From Marsupella aquatica (taxonomy: Eukaryota > Plantae > Marchantiophyta), in NCBI GenBank assembly GCA_973895155.1, contig OZ316894.1:23372709-23436708 (forward strand): a stretch of 64,000 bases of DNA. Direction: 5' to 3'. Within the stretch, counting starts at the first letter, position 1. Each line of letters begins with the position of its first letter. Under the pieces are notes generated by a model. That model was not told the DNA's origin. It did no database searches and saw only the letters and a program-made list of their open reading frames with translations. Below are positions 14,003 through 25,258 of the stretch, piece by piece. A program made the translations under genes and the position numbers.

Positions 14003-14792
14003 CAGCTTTTACTAACCTGTCCCCCAAACTGAGCTAAATTACTAACCTATCCCAAAATTTATTTTAATTGCTAGGTTGCGCCCCCCCCCCCCCCCCCCCC
14101 TCCCCCACTATTGTAGACATTAATAGTTTTAGTTACCCAGGATGATTTCTCATTGGTGGACTGACACATGGCGAGACACTATTGGCTCCGTCTTACCCTG
14201 CCCAAGTTTACCCTCACCGGGCTAGCTCTTTCTCATATTTTGAATGAGCCTGCATCAAACAGGGCTGGCCCATCCCCCTCTTGAGTTCTAAATCCCGATG
14301 ATCCAGCTCAGGCGGTCTGTAGGCTCAGATGTGGATTTGTTTACACATGGAAAATATGTATATGTATAGTAGCGGGGCCTCTTTCCTTCAGAAAAGTGGG
14401 AGTAGGGTGGATCATCGGGACCCAAGGATCATCAGGCCCCTATGGAGTGTGGGACCCCATTTTTGAAGGGAAATTGCAGCACCCAGCCAGCAAGGTCATC
14501 AGGGTTGGGATTGAAACTTGTGAGGGGGAGGGACCAGCCCTTGTTGGTGCAACGCTTGTTCAAAAAATGGGAAAGAGCTAGCCGGGTGAGGGTAAGCTCA
14601 GCTAGGGTAAGGCGGAGCCAATGGCGCCTCACCATGTGTTAGTCCACCAATGAGAAATCACCCTGGGTTAACTAAAACAGTTAATGTAACCCATATATAC
14701 ATTCAATTTGTGGGGCAACCTAGCAATTAAAATAATTTTGGGGGTAGGTTAGTAATTTAGCTCAATTTGGGGGACAGGATAGTAAAAAGCTC
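14003..14792. mobile_element. Non-autonomous Mutator-type foldback element/MITE with ~290-bp terminal inverted repeats
   Basis: Left arm (c)agcttttactaacctgtcccccaaactgagctaaattactaacct... is the reverse complement of the right arm ...aggttagtaatttagctcaatttgggggacaggatagtaaaaagctc. The match extends through gatttctcattggtggact/agtccaccaatgagaaatc. Degenerate 10-bp TSD ataatcgcaa (13993-14002) / atcattgcaa (14793-14802). Confidence 0.85.
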
Positions 14793-15214
14793 ATCATTGC
14801 AATCAAAGGCTACTCCCTGCGCCAGCCTACTATCTAGAGTGAAGTCTCTAAACCATGACTCTGCTTAACTAAGCCAGGACATAAATGAACTGAGAATGCA
14901 ACCATGACTCTAATTAACTAAACTGGGACGTACATAACTGAAGTGAGAGTGCAGACAAAAAACAGGGATAGTACGTAAGGGGCAGACCATGACTCTAATT
15001 AGGGCATAACTGAATGTGTGGGTGCAGACCAAAAACAAAGATGGGGCGAAGATGAACAGAAATAGTGAGAAATATTTTGTTTCAAAAGGTCTGTTTTCGC
15101 TGTCACCTCTGTTTACATTCACAGAAGGGGTAATCAGGCTAACTGGTATCAATGATCCAAATGATGATGACACAATATTGGGTTGTTGACAATATATTCG
15201 ATAATAGCTACACT

Positions 15215-15620
15215 GTTCACCGTAATTAGTGTGACTAACACTAATTTAAGAGCACTCATTTTCAGGGTCTACTTGTGAATTAGTGTTAGTCACACTAATT
15301 TTGTTCGAACACTATTTTGCGTACATGAATTAGTGTTACTCTGATCTTAAGAGTGGCAAAATAGAGAGGCAAAATAGAGAGAAAAAATATATTTTGAAAA
15401 ATCCACAACAATTACTTAGTGTTACTTTGGACTAAAGATCATCCATTTTTTACAAGCAATTTAAACTAAAGTGAAAAAAATAAGTTTTGAAAATGGACAA
15501 AAATTAATGTTACTTGTACTCAAAATCATGTTTACCAAAATTAGTGTTACACTAACACTAATTTTGTACCAACACTATTTTGTACCAACACTAATTAAGG
15601 TGAATTCATTTAAGTGTGTC
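15215..15620. repeat. Cluster of short direct/inverted repeats (aattagtgt...acactaatt), MITE-like remnant
   Basis: Motif aattagtgt and its complement acactaatt recur several times between 15223 and 15600. Confidence 0.5.
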
Positions 15621-16697
15621 CCAAATTGTTGCCCAAGCTCCCGAGGGTAATCTATAACTATTTTTTGTGCCCAACCTTAAACTAGTTATGGATAGTGGAT
15701 CTGGTGTTCCCGACGGTACTCCATAACCTATTTTGTACGTAACCTTAATCCCGAGTGTACTCCATGAATGTTTTTCTGCCTAACCTTAATTAAACTAGTA
15801 GTTGATGTACATCAACCTTTGAGATTTGAGACGGTCCCCTAAATAATTATGTCTTCCCAAGTCAATCACAAATCGTGCATGCAATGTCTTCCCAAGTCAA
15901 ATCACAAATCGTCCGTCCTAGGAGTGCTTCTATGGTCCTCGCTGCAGTTCTGTGGGATATATCTCCCTCTGCGGGAGTCCTTAAGAACTTGCCGTGGCGC
16001 TGCAATGGTGTCGCATATGACGTAGAATCCTTGTTAGTAAGGATATGGCATCATTCAGTCTCCAGTCCTGGAAACGGCATAGACCTCGGCGCGTCGCCGT
16101 TGCCCAGAGTCAACACAAAAAACTGATTCGGTCGTGCACCGCCCACGGGAGACAAACCCAGTTCATGGTTTCTAATGAATGGCTTAGTGGCGCAACTTAG
16201 GATTCTCAGTGGCTCATTGATGGCGTAACTTATGACTCTTAATACTTGTGGACTTGTGGTGGAGCATGTTTGCGATTTCTGATAGAAAAAATTTCCTACG
16301 GTCTTTCTCTCTCTCGCTTGGTATTAGCATTCAATGTCCGAGCCGGGGATGATTGAAAGTCTTCGTCATTTTGAACGCGAAGAAACATCTCACAGAGTTG
16401 TTTTTTCTTTATGGCTTTCTTCTCTTTCTCTACTTCGGACAAACGATATCGTTCTGTCAATGCGAATTGAGACTCTTCGGCGCCATTGGGATTGTTCTCG
16501 GCCAAAAAGCCAATTGTTCAAGTAAGAAACTGTGTAGTATGATGACCTATGATGGCATCTACAATGAGGCAGCTCGCTGATCGGTCTGATCGAGCAACCA
16601 TGCGTCAGCCATAGCTTTCGATGCCGAAGCGAAGATCTCCCGTGGAGTAGAGGAGCCTGCTCGCTCTTGGAGAGTAAGTGCAGTCTGAACCAATTAG

Positions 16698-19600
16698 ATG
16701 GCGTGCAAAAGCAAGAAGCAGCCACTCCTCCAGTTCCTCGCCTATCTAGTGGCAATCTGTTGGGCCTCTCCTTCATCAATATACGCCGTACGTATACTAT
16801 CTGCTTTGAGAGTCTCTAACCAAGGATGCCACAATTTTAGTGTAGACAGGACATGCGTCCAGACTGCTCTCTCGGATAATCATGTCGAGATCAACTATGC
16901 GCTCGCATTTGTGAACCTAGAGGCGACTCCTGACGCGTATACGTTATCCGTCGTCTGGACTGCATATCCCAGCGGCTCACAACAATATCAGAGAATCATT
17001 TGGAGCGCCAACAGAAACCAGCCCGTCAAGGTTGGGGCATCGTGGACCTTCTCCCCAAATGGCAGCTTGGCTCTCCATGATAGCGATGGCTCCAAGGTGT
17101 GGTCCACCTACACACACAACAGTGGTGTGACTGGCCTCGACATGAACTCAACCAGTGGGGAATTGACTCTCGTGGGAGCTCGAAATCGAACAGTATGGTC
17201 GAGTTTTTCTCAACCCACTGACACTCTCGTGGCGGGTCAGCAGCTCGTGTGGCCTGGGATGCAGCTAGTCAGCGGAAACTCGAGCACTAACAACTCCGAA
17301 GGGCCGTACTCACTGGTAATGGAGCCGGCAGGACTGGTCCTTTATGCAAGCCTGTCTGATCCTCAACCTTACTTTGTGTGGAATTACTTCGCACAGTCGC
17401 AGGAGCCCATGCCAGTGTCATCTCTTCTAAAGACTTGTCACAACCCTGTGACCCTCGGGCTCTCTTTCAATGGTGAGGTGGGGTTTTCAGATAGCTCTCG
17501 AAGCACTCCTAGCCCAGTGAACAGCCAGACTTACACATCCCAGGCTCTGTGCAATCTCCGGTCAAATTACAGTATTATCAAGACGAGCTCATATCCCAAC
17601 AAGGCAAACACGACTTTTATGGTTCTAGAAAGCGATGGAAACCTCAGAGTGTACTCCTACACCCTCAGAGGAATCTTGACGACAGATTATGATTTTTTCA
17701 ATAGCACTCAGTGTGATCTTCCACGGGCTTGTGGTACCTATGGTGTGTGCAAAGCAAATGGGCTGTGCGAGTGCCCAAAGGATTCGATCTTGTCGACGAA
17801 CGCATCCGATCCCACCGTGGGATGTTCCACTTCTCAAGGCTCTTTGGGAACGTCATGTGCTCCCAACTCCCAGGTGCGATTCGGTCAGGTCACGGCGGTA
17901 GATTACTTTTCAAACAGATTCAGTGCTCCTGTGGGCACCAACATATCGATGACCCAGTGCGAAAATGTCTGCGCGAAGAACTGCTCTTGCACGGCTTCGT
18001 TCTACAATTCACAGTCCGGTGCTTGCTACTCTGTGTTCGAACAACTCTCTTCGATTAGATCCAGTCGAAATTTCAATTTGACCGCTTCAGTGAAAATCAG
18101 CACTGTAGCAGCAAGTGTCGCTGCGCCACCGAGTATTGCACCGCAAAAGAAGAAGGTCTCCAGCAATGACACAGCTATATGGATTGGCGCTGGGGTCTCT
18201 TGGTTTGTCATCATCTCACTTGTTATATTCGGATTAGTAATTTACTTCAGGTCCGTGTACCGCAAGGCGCGACTGGATCGGCAATCGAAAGAGAATGTGT
18301 TTCTGCAAACCCTTGCAGGTTTACCTCCGAGATATACTAAAAAGGAGGTGGATGCAGCGACCATGGGGTTCACAAAAAAGCTTGGGTCTGGAGGCTTTGG
18401 CACGGTATACGAGGGCACGCTGAGGGATGGATCCAAGGTTGCTGTCAAGAAGCTTGAAAAGTCTAAGAGTACGAAGGATTTTCGTGCAGAGATGGCCACT
18501 CTCGGGAGCATCCATCATATCAATCTCGTCCGTTTGAGAGGCTTCTGCGTGGAGGGCCCACACAATATGCTCGTGTATGAATTCATGCCCAATGGGTCTC
18601 TTGACAGTTGGCTTTTCAACCATGATTCAGAAGCTGTCAGCCTAATGTCCGACTCATTGAACTGGGACACTCGCTTCAAAATTGCTCTTGGCACTGCTCG
18701 TGGCCTGGCTTATCTGCATCAAGATTGTTCAGGTTTTTGGACATCTCCTGTGTCTCTCGCCTTAATCTTGACTCTCGCCGTAATTCTCAGTGCCGATGGA
18801 GAACAGTCATGTTTGTCATGAGAGAATGAGGCTTTATGAGATCGATCGATGAGCGCTGCTTCAGTACTTGAGTCATCCATTTTCCTGGGTTCTGACATTT
18901 GCGTGTTCATTTGAGATGCCTAGAGGGATCCGTGGCGTCGATAATTTGCTGAAGTGCATGCTTTCTTTCCAACATTCCTAGAGTCTTTGTCACTCTTTCT
19001 AGAGTCACATGCGCCTTCGCTAAAATATGTTGAGCTTGAAATATATGTTTCTGTTGAACAGAGCGTATTATCCATCTCGACGTCAAACCGCAGAATATTT
19101 TACTCGACGAAAACTTCAATCCGAAAGTTGGAGACTTCGGTCTCTCGAAATTGGTGGACAGAGATGAGACCTCCGTGGTGACAACGATGCGAGGAACACC
19201 TGGGTATTTGGCACCGGAGTGGCTTCTCCAAGCTACAATTACAGAGAGAACAGACGTGTACAGCTACGGCATTGTCTTGCTCGAGCTTGTTGTAGGACGA
19301 CGGTGTCTGGACCTTTCTACGCAGGATGGCGAACGAAGATATGTTCCAGGGTGGGTACTTCGGTGCGTGCTTCAGGGAGACATATTGGAAGCAGTGGACC
19401 CGAGGCTTGGGACCATTGACAACGAAGAGCAGGTTATCAATGTGATACACATTGCTTTAGAATGCATTCAGGAAGAGATGCACCTCAGACCGTCCATGGC
19501 AAACATAGTGCAAATGCTGGAAGGCTTCGTGCCCGTCCCGGATTTCAATAGAGACACACTCACACTCTTGTCCAAGTACCGGTTTCTAAATCGTCAAGAT

Positions 19601-20005
19601 ATAGACATTTGGAGTGATCAATCACTGGGTTCTAGAAGTAGCTATGGTGATCAATCACTTTGGTCAAGAAGTAGCTATGGTGATCAATCACTTTGTTCTA
19701 GAAGAAGCTATGGTGATCAATCACTTTGTTCTAGAAGTAGCTATGGTGATCAATCACTGGGTTCCAGAAATACCTGTGAAGATCACTCACTGGGCTCCAG
19801 AAATACCTGTGAAGATCACTCACTGGGCTCTAGAAATATCAGTGGTGATCAATCGCTGAGTTCTAGAAATTACTTTGGTGATCAATCACTTAGTTCTAGA
19901 AGTATCAGTAGTACGAGCAAATTGAGTTTCTCTTCCAGCTGGCCTCCGGGCCCCAACTCATCACCTGCCAAATTTTCAGTTCTATGCCCCCCACCTCATT
20001 ATTAA
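16698..20005 (+). CDS. G-type lectin S-receptor-like Ser/Thr kinase (SD2-like, non-RD), copy 2; exons 16698-18732 and 19062-20005
   Basis: Close paralog of copy 1 with the same domains and the same intron position (GT-AG 18733-19061). HLDVKPQN catalytic loop; C-terminus extended by 11-aa repeats. Confidence 0.95.
19616..19912 (+). repeat. Coding minisatellite: 9 x 33 bp encoding DQSL(G/W/C/S)SR(S/N)xxx in the RLK copy 2 tail
   Basis: Unit gatcaatcactgggttctagaagtagctatggt, read in frame in ORF 19151..20005. Confidence 0.95.
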
Positions 20006-20268
20006 GTTTTTAGAAAAATCTTCCCCCTTTGTTAGTTATGAATTTAGAACATCCAATATGGTACACCCAGAGTTTTGTGAGTAAAAATCTCACAAGAGGA
20101 GCTGGCCAAGATGTCCCTTGACAAGTGAAGTTAACTTTCGAAAATATTATTTTGTAGAAAAAAAAAAACTGGGGACTCTCGAGATGTTTTTGGCAGGTGA
20201 TTTATTTCAAGGAGTCATCTGAACATGCATTGTACAAGCTCTGAAAAGGATTTTGGCATGAAATGTTT

Positions 20269-20348
20269 ATGGCAGTCAGATGCAAACTGATGGCAGTCAG
20301 ATGCAAACTGATGGCAGTCAAGTTTTAGGGCAGTCAGATGCAAAGTGA
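20269..20348. repeat. Short tandem repeat, 21-bp unit atggcagtcagatgcaaactg
   Basis: 3-4 visible copies. Confidence 0.8.
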
Positions 20349-21139
20349 GCCCTTAAACTTGCAGTCGGTCCCCAAACAGCATATATTCAGCTTGCAACCT
20401 CAATACATTGTCGTAATACTGAGCCATACCATGATAACGTGTCACCATAACTCAAGTGTTATGGGAACTCCCATAAAAGCTTTGGGATCCTATCAACGGC
20501 TACCATAAGGAAAGCTTGCAGGCATAGCACTTAACCCATAATATTACAATTTTTTTGTAATTTCAGACGCAAATCCAAAAATCCAGAACCCATAGTATTA
20601 CAACTTTTTTGCAACTTCAGACGCAAATCCAGAAATCCATGTTACTTTGAAGGCATGTGGGCTTTGTGTCTAACATGGTGATGCTTGCCCCAATTGTGAT
20701 ATGGGTTGATCAAGAATGAACAAATCAAAAATGATATATGCTATGAGATTGAGGTGAGGCCAGAACTCTTGCCTTGCAGGGCAGGTCAATGCTATCTCCC
20801 CCATTTTTCAAACTCCTTAACTGGGTCCCATAATCAGAGTTATAGGATGGACCTCAAATCTGTAACTTTCCCTAATGGATAGCATTTTAATAATTGACAT
20901 ATTCTCAATCTAGTTTAAAATACAGGAACCGCAACCTAATTCTCCCAAACCCCAAAATTAGTAGAACAACCCAGCAGGCAATTAATTAAAGAAAGGACAA
21001 GGGGAAGAAAGCCGCAACCAAATGGGCAGGAAACAGTACAGAAGGAGTTGGGTTTCTTGGTTAACATGGTTAGTGTTTATAATGATCTCTTACACTGCAT
21101 ATCATGACACTGTAGGGTTTGGAGAGTATTGTGACACTA

Positions 21140-21715
21140 TAAAGTTCTTGTGTCCATCTGAATTACAGCGTCAAAAGTTCCTGTGTCCGTCCAAATTTTA
21201 GTGTCAAGATTTCCTGTGTCCATCCAATTACAGAGACAAAAGTTCCTCTTCCCCTCCAAATTACAATGTCAGAAGTTCCTTCGTCCATCCAAATTACAGC
21301 GTCAAAAATTCTCCTATCCATCCAGATTACAGTGTCAAAACTTCCTCTGTCTATCCCTTTTTCAGTGTCAAAAGCCCCTGTGTCCAAGGACAGTGGATGG
21401 AGACAGTGTCCAAAGTTCCTCTGTCCATCCAGATTTAAGTGTCAAGATTTCCTGTGTCCATCCAATTACAGAGACAAAAGTTCCTCTTCCCCTCCAAATT
21501 ACAATGTCAGAAGTTCCTTCGTCCATCCAAATTACAGCGTCAAAAATATCTCTTTCCATCCAGATTACAGTGTCAAAACTTCCTCTGTCCATCCCAGTTA
21601 CAGTGTCAAAATCTCCTGTGTCCATCCGACTTACAGTGTCAAAAATGCCGGTGCTCCTGTGTCCATCCGACTTACAGTGTCAAAAATGCCGGTGTCCATC
21701 GGAACTTACAGTTCG
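21140..21715. repeat. Minisatellite array with ~32-bp unit (ttcctgtgtccatcc-aattacagtgtcaaaa) and a higher-order ~240-bp internal duplication
   Basis: Roughly 17 degenerate units. 21195-21350 is repeated at ~21434-21590. The array explains the repetitive ORFs in several frames here. Confidence 0.9.
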
Positions 21716-21997
21716 ACTGTATGAGCAGAAAGAAGCGCGAAGGCAGGAAACAATTGTTCAGTACAGTGCTCGCTCGAGAGGTTCTCCCCTCCCCTTCAGC
21801 AGATTCTTCTCCTTCGCTCGGACAAATCGACAGACACAGACTCGGCCCTCTTCTTTGCTTCCGATTTTCTCTCCTCAGTGCTTCACTTACTCGCTGGGTC
21901 GATTCTTCTGGCGAACAATCGACAGGATTCGGTTCAGAGTTTGTTCAGATTCTCTAGCCGGTGCCTGCTTCTCTGCTGAACTCGGAGCGAAGGAGCG

Positions 21998-24900
21998 ATG
22001 GAGACAATTGCAGGAGGAGGAGCTCGGGTTTCGGCAGTTCCAGGGGCGTCGTTAATTCGCAGCGGCAGATTGCAGGGTCTTGGCGTCTCGCAGCCGGCCT
22101 CGTGCAGTTTGGGCAATGCGTTGGGGTGCCGTGGCCGGATTCGTGCCCGAGGAGGAGGAGCACGACCAGCTGCTGCTGCTGTTACTGCGCTGGTTAGTGG
22201 ACTGAGCGGGAGCGGTCTTCGCGTGTTGAGTACACCACTTCGGCAGCGGAGGGCGCTGAGGAGTGTTCCAATAAGCGCATCGTTGGATGAGAATTCGGTA
22301 TTTCAAGCGGCCTTTCTACGGTCTTTTTTTGGTCGCTTGTTCTGGTCAATGACGAGTGGATGTTTGGCACTTCTGTGTGTTGCTTTGATATAGGCATTCT
22401 TTGATGATGGATCGCTGGACCTCTCGGACTGTCATGTCTGTAAAGAACTCCTCAATTACCTCAATGCACGGTTCTAGACTGAATGAATGGGGTTTTAAGG
22501 TCATGCATCTTAGGGCAGTGCCATTTTCGGGCTTTTGACCTCCAATCCCCAAACTTCAATTTGAGCGTGTCAATCTATGGGCAGCAGATTTTTTCTCAAT
22601 TTTGCAAGGGTTAGGGACACAAGGTGCATTTTGTGTAGGCCCTCTAGCACGAGGTGGGAGATAAAGCGGGACCGTGCACTAGGGACACTTAATCCTACGT
22701 TTCATGATGGGATTTGGCCTCCGGACTGTTTAATCAGTGGAGGTCGGATGTTTTCTTGGTGGCATTCTGGTAATGGATGGACTCCTCGGAAATTGGAATC
22801 TTCAAAACCCTTCTTCCTAGGCTCTTCATTGAGATGAGGGATCTGGAGAAAACTTCATGACTTAGTCGTGGAACGGTCGTGTGCAATGATTGCAGATCTA
22901 ATGTTGCCTCGACTTGGCTTGGCTTTGCACTCGTCAGTTTGGTGGGTAGGATAAGCATTAAGAATGCCCTTCTGTTAGCGGTCTCTTTGAAAGTGGTCAT
23001 TGGTGATGGACTGCTGTGATGAATCAGACTAGTAAAATCCCAGAGAGGGTTGTGATGCAAGTAGTCTCGTCCTTATTCTGAGCAGTTCGGTCAGACTCTT
23101 CTGGGCAGATTTCACTTTCCCCGGTCTCTAAGGCTAGACAGGAATTTCAATTTAAGGACACGGTTGTGCAGGATGTCAAAGTCGAGGAGGCGACAGAAGA
23201 GCTCGAAAAGCAAGCTGAAGAATCGAAAGCGGCTTACAGTGAAGCTGTGGATGCATTGAAGGAGCAAACTATCAAATTACAGGAGTCAGCCAAGGACGCC
23301 TACGAACCTACAGCTGAGAAAGCCATTGAAGTTCTAAGAGATACAACAGAAAAATTGAAGGAAGAAGCAGAAAAGGCTAGGGTGCTATTGACGGCAACGG
23401 CCATCGAAACTGCTGAATTGGGTAAATCAAATCTGAATCTCTTAGCTGAAAGTGGACCAGATCCCTTCAAGGACATTGCGGAAACAGCTGTGAATGCTCA
23501 CATGAAAGAAAATACGAAACAGGGGGCGAAAATCCATGATTTCTGCCTGGGAATCCCTTACGGTAAGGAATTCATCTGTTTTATCATTGTTCTTCCTGTC
23601 ACAAGAGTTTTAATTGAATTTCGAAATTGGATCCTTTTTATGAATCGTTTCATTTTTACAGTGGTAAGCATTCAATTTACCATGTCCTTTACTGTGGACG
23701 GTGAAGCAAACATTGCTGTAGTGATATTCCGCAGACTGGAGATGTATGTTAATCTTGCGTTGTTTACTGTTTTGTTAGGGGCTATCATGGTCGCAGGGGG
23801 ACTTCTTTGGTTCATCATCACCGGAAGCACAGATGCTATTCGCTTTGGTGTTGTTCTAGGGGGCCTTTTGTTATTCTTGAGTGTCAAAAGTTTGAAGGTA
23901 TGGAAGGAGGGCAAGTCATGCATCCCGTACATTCAAGGCCAAGCAGGTAAATAACTTTTTTATTTTCCACCCGCCCGCTATTAATATGGAATGCGTATTT
24001 AATGAATTTTTCAATGTGGCCCAAGCGTCTGTCACTCGAATACAATGAAATGATTATCGTTGCTCAGGAGTCCAGCAGGGAGAAGAGTCCTAAGAGTCTT
24101 AATATGGTACTGTTTTAGTTTTATGTGGTACGTGCTAGCATAGGTCAGGTTGCGGAGATTCCGAGAGTGCTCTTTGGGATGCTTTCTAGGTGGTTGCTCA
24201 ATTCTGATGAATGGACGATGAATATCTGTCTTCGGCAGCTATTGCACTTATCATATTCGCGAAGGATGCACAGGCTTTTTTAAAGGTATCATGATGCTCC
24301 TTCTCTGAAAACGTTTTGTTTTTTCTGCTGAGTCCATGTGATCACAGCATTCTTTTATTCCATATTGTTTTCGACGTTCTATGAGTCTCGAGAATCGGTG
24401 AATTTTAGCTCCTGGGTAACGCTGAACGTTGATCTCCACAACTCGGGACCCACGGGGTCAGCATGACTTTATTGAATTGGGATTAAAAGGTCATGGCTTT
24501 GTTATAACATTACCCTTTGATTGAACGATGTAGACTGGAGCTCTATTCCCACCAGCAGTCTCAGCACTCGCCAGGTAATTCTACTAGTGAAACTTGTTGT
24601 CTCTATTTGACTTGGGCCGAAATATTGTCAAAGCTACCTCGAACGGTGCCTGTTCAGAATTGAGCAAGTAAAGCAATGGGATTATTCATGCTGCAAGTCA
24701 TGCCCAGAAGTCTTGTTTTGGTCATAAGATGCTTGCAGGTCACAGTTTACCTGAGGTCATGGAAGATGAGTTAGTGGAAATTAAAGATGATACCGTGGTT
24801 ATTGCATTGAATCTAGAGTCAGACAGAACCATGTTGCCTACGCACAACAATTCCTTATGGGTCTATAAATACATGAATATTGTTTTGAACATACAATGGA

Positions 24901-25258
24901 GTCAGTTCCGATTGACCTGGATCTGGTCTTTGCTCTTTGGCCTACGAAGAAAGGACATTTTGCAACGAACATAACAGCGTAGCAAAGTTACTTGATACGG
25001 AAATATAGTGATCTCCGCAAAGGAGGTGATAGAAAGTTTTCGAGCTTCCTGAGAAGCTTCTTTAGTGAGGATCTGATTACAAAAGAATGAACTCTTTCAT
25101 GTCTTGGACCCTGCACAAGAAATTTTTGTGTGTTGCTGACAACCTGCTTTCCGTGTCCTTGCAGTGGTGGAATCTTGGCTTTCTATACATATGTGTATTT
25201 GTCAGGTGGTAATCCGCCTAAGAAGGAAAAGATAGCAGAGGCGACTTCAGATGCTTAG
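21998..25258 (+). CDS. FAX: Plastid FATTY ACID EXPORT (FAX, Tmemb_14 family) protein; exons 21998-22297, 23172-23562, 23779-23946, 24239-24285, 24534-24574, 25165-25258
   Basis: Transit-peptide-like N-terminus, then an E/K/A-rich helical region, AKIHDFCLGIPYG, GGLLWFIITGSTDAIRFGVVLGG and C-terminal FYTYVYLSGGNPPKK. All five introns are GT-AG and keep the frame. Confidence 0.92.

Noticed and set aside
21140-21715. CRISPR-like appearance of the ~32-bp repeat array and its long ORFs (21183..22055 etc.)
   Set aside because: Units are contiguous degenerate tandem repeats with no unique spacers and no cas genes, in eukaryotic context. The ORFs are by-products of the repeat.
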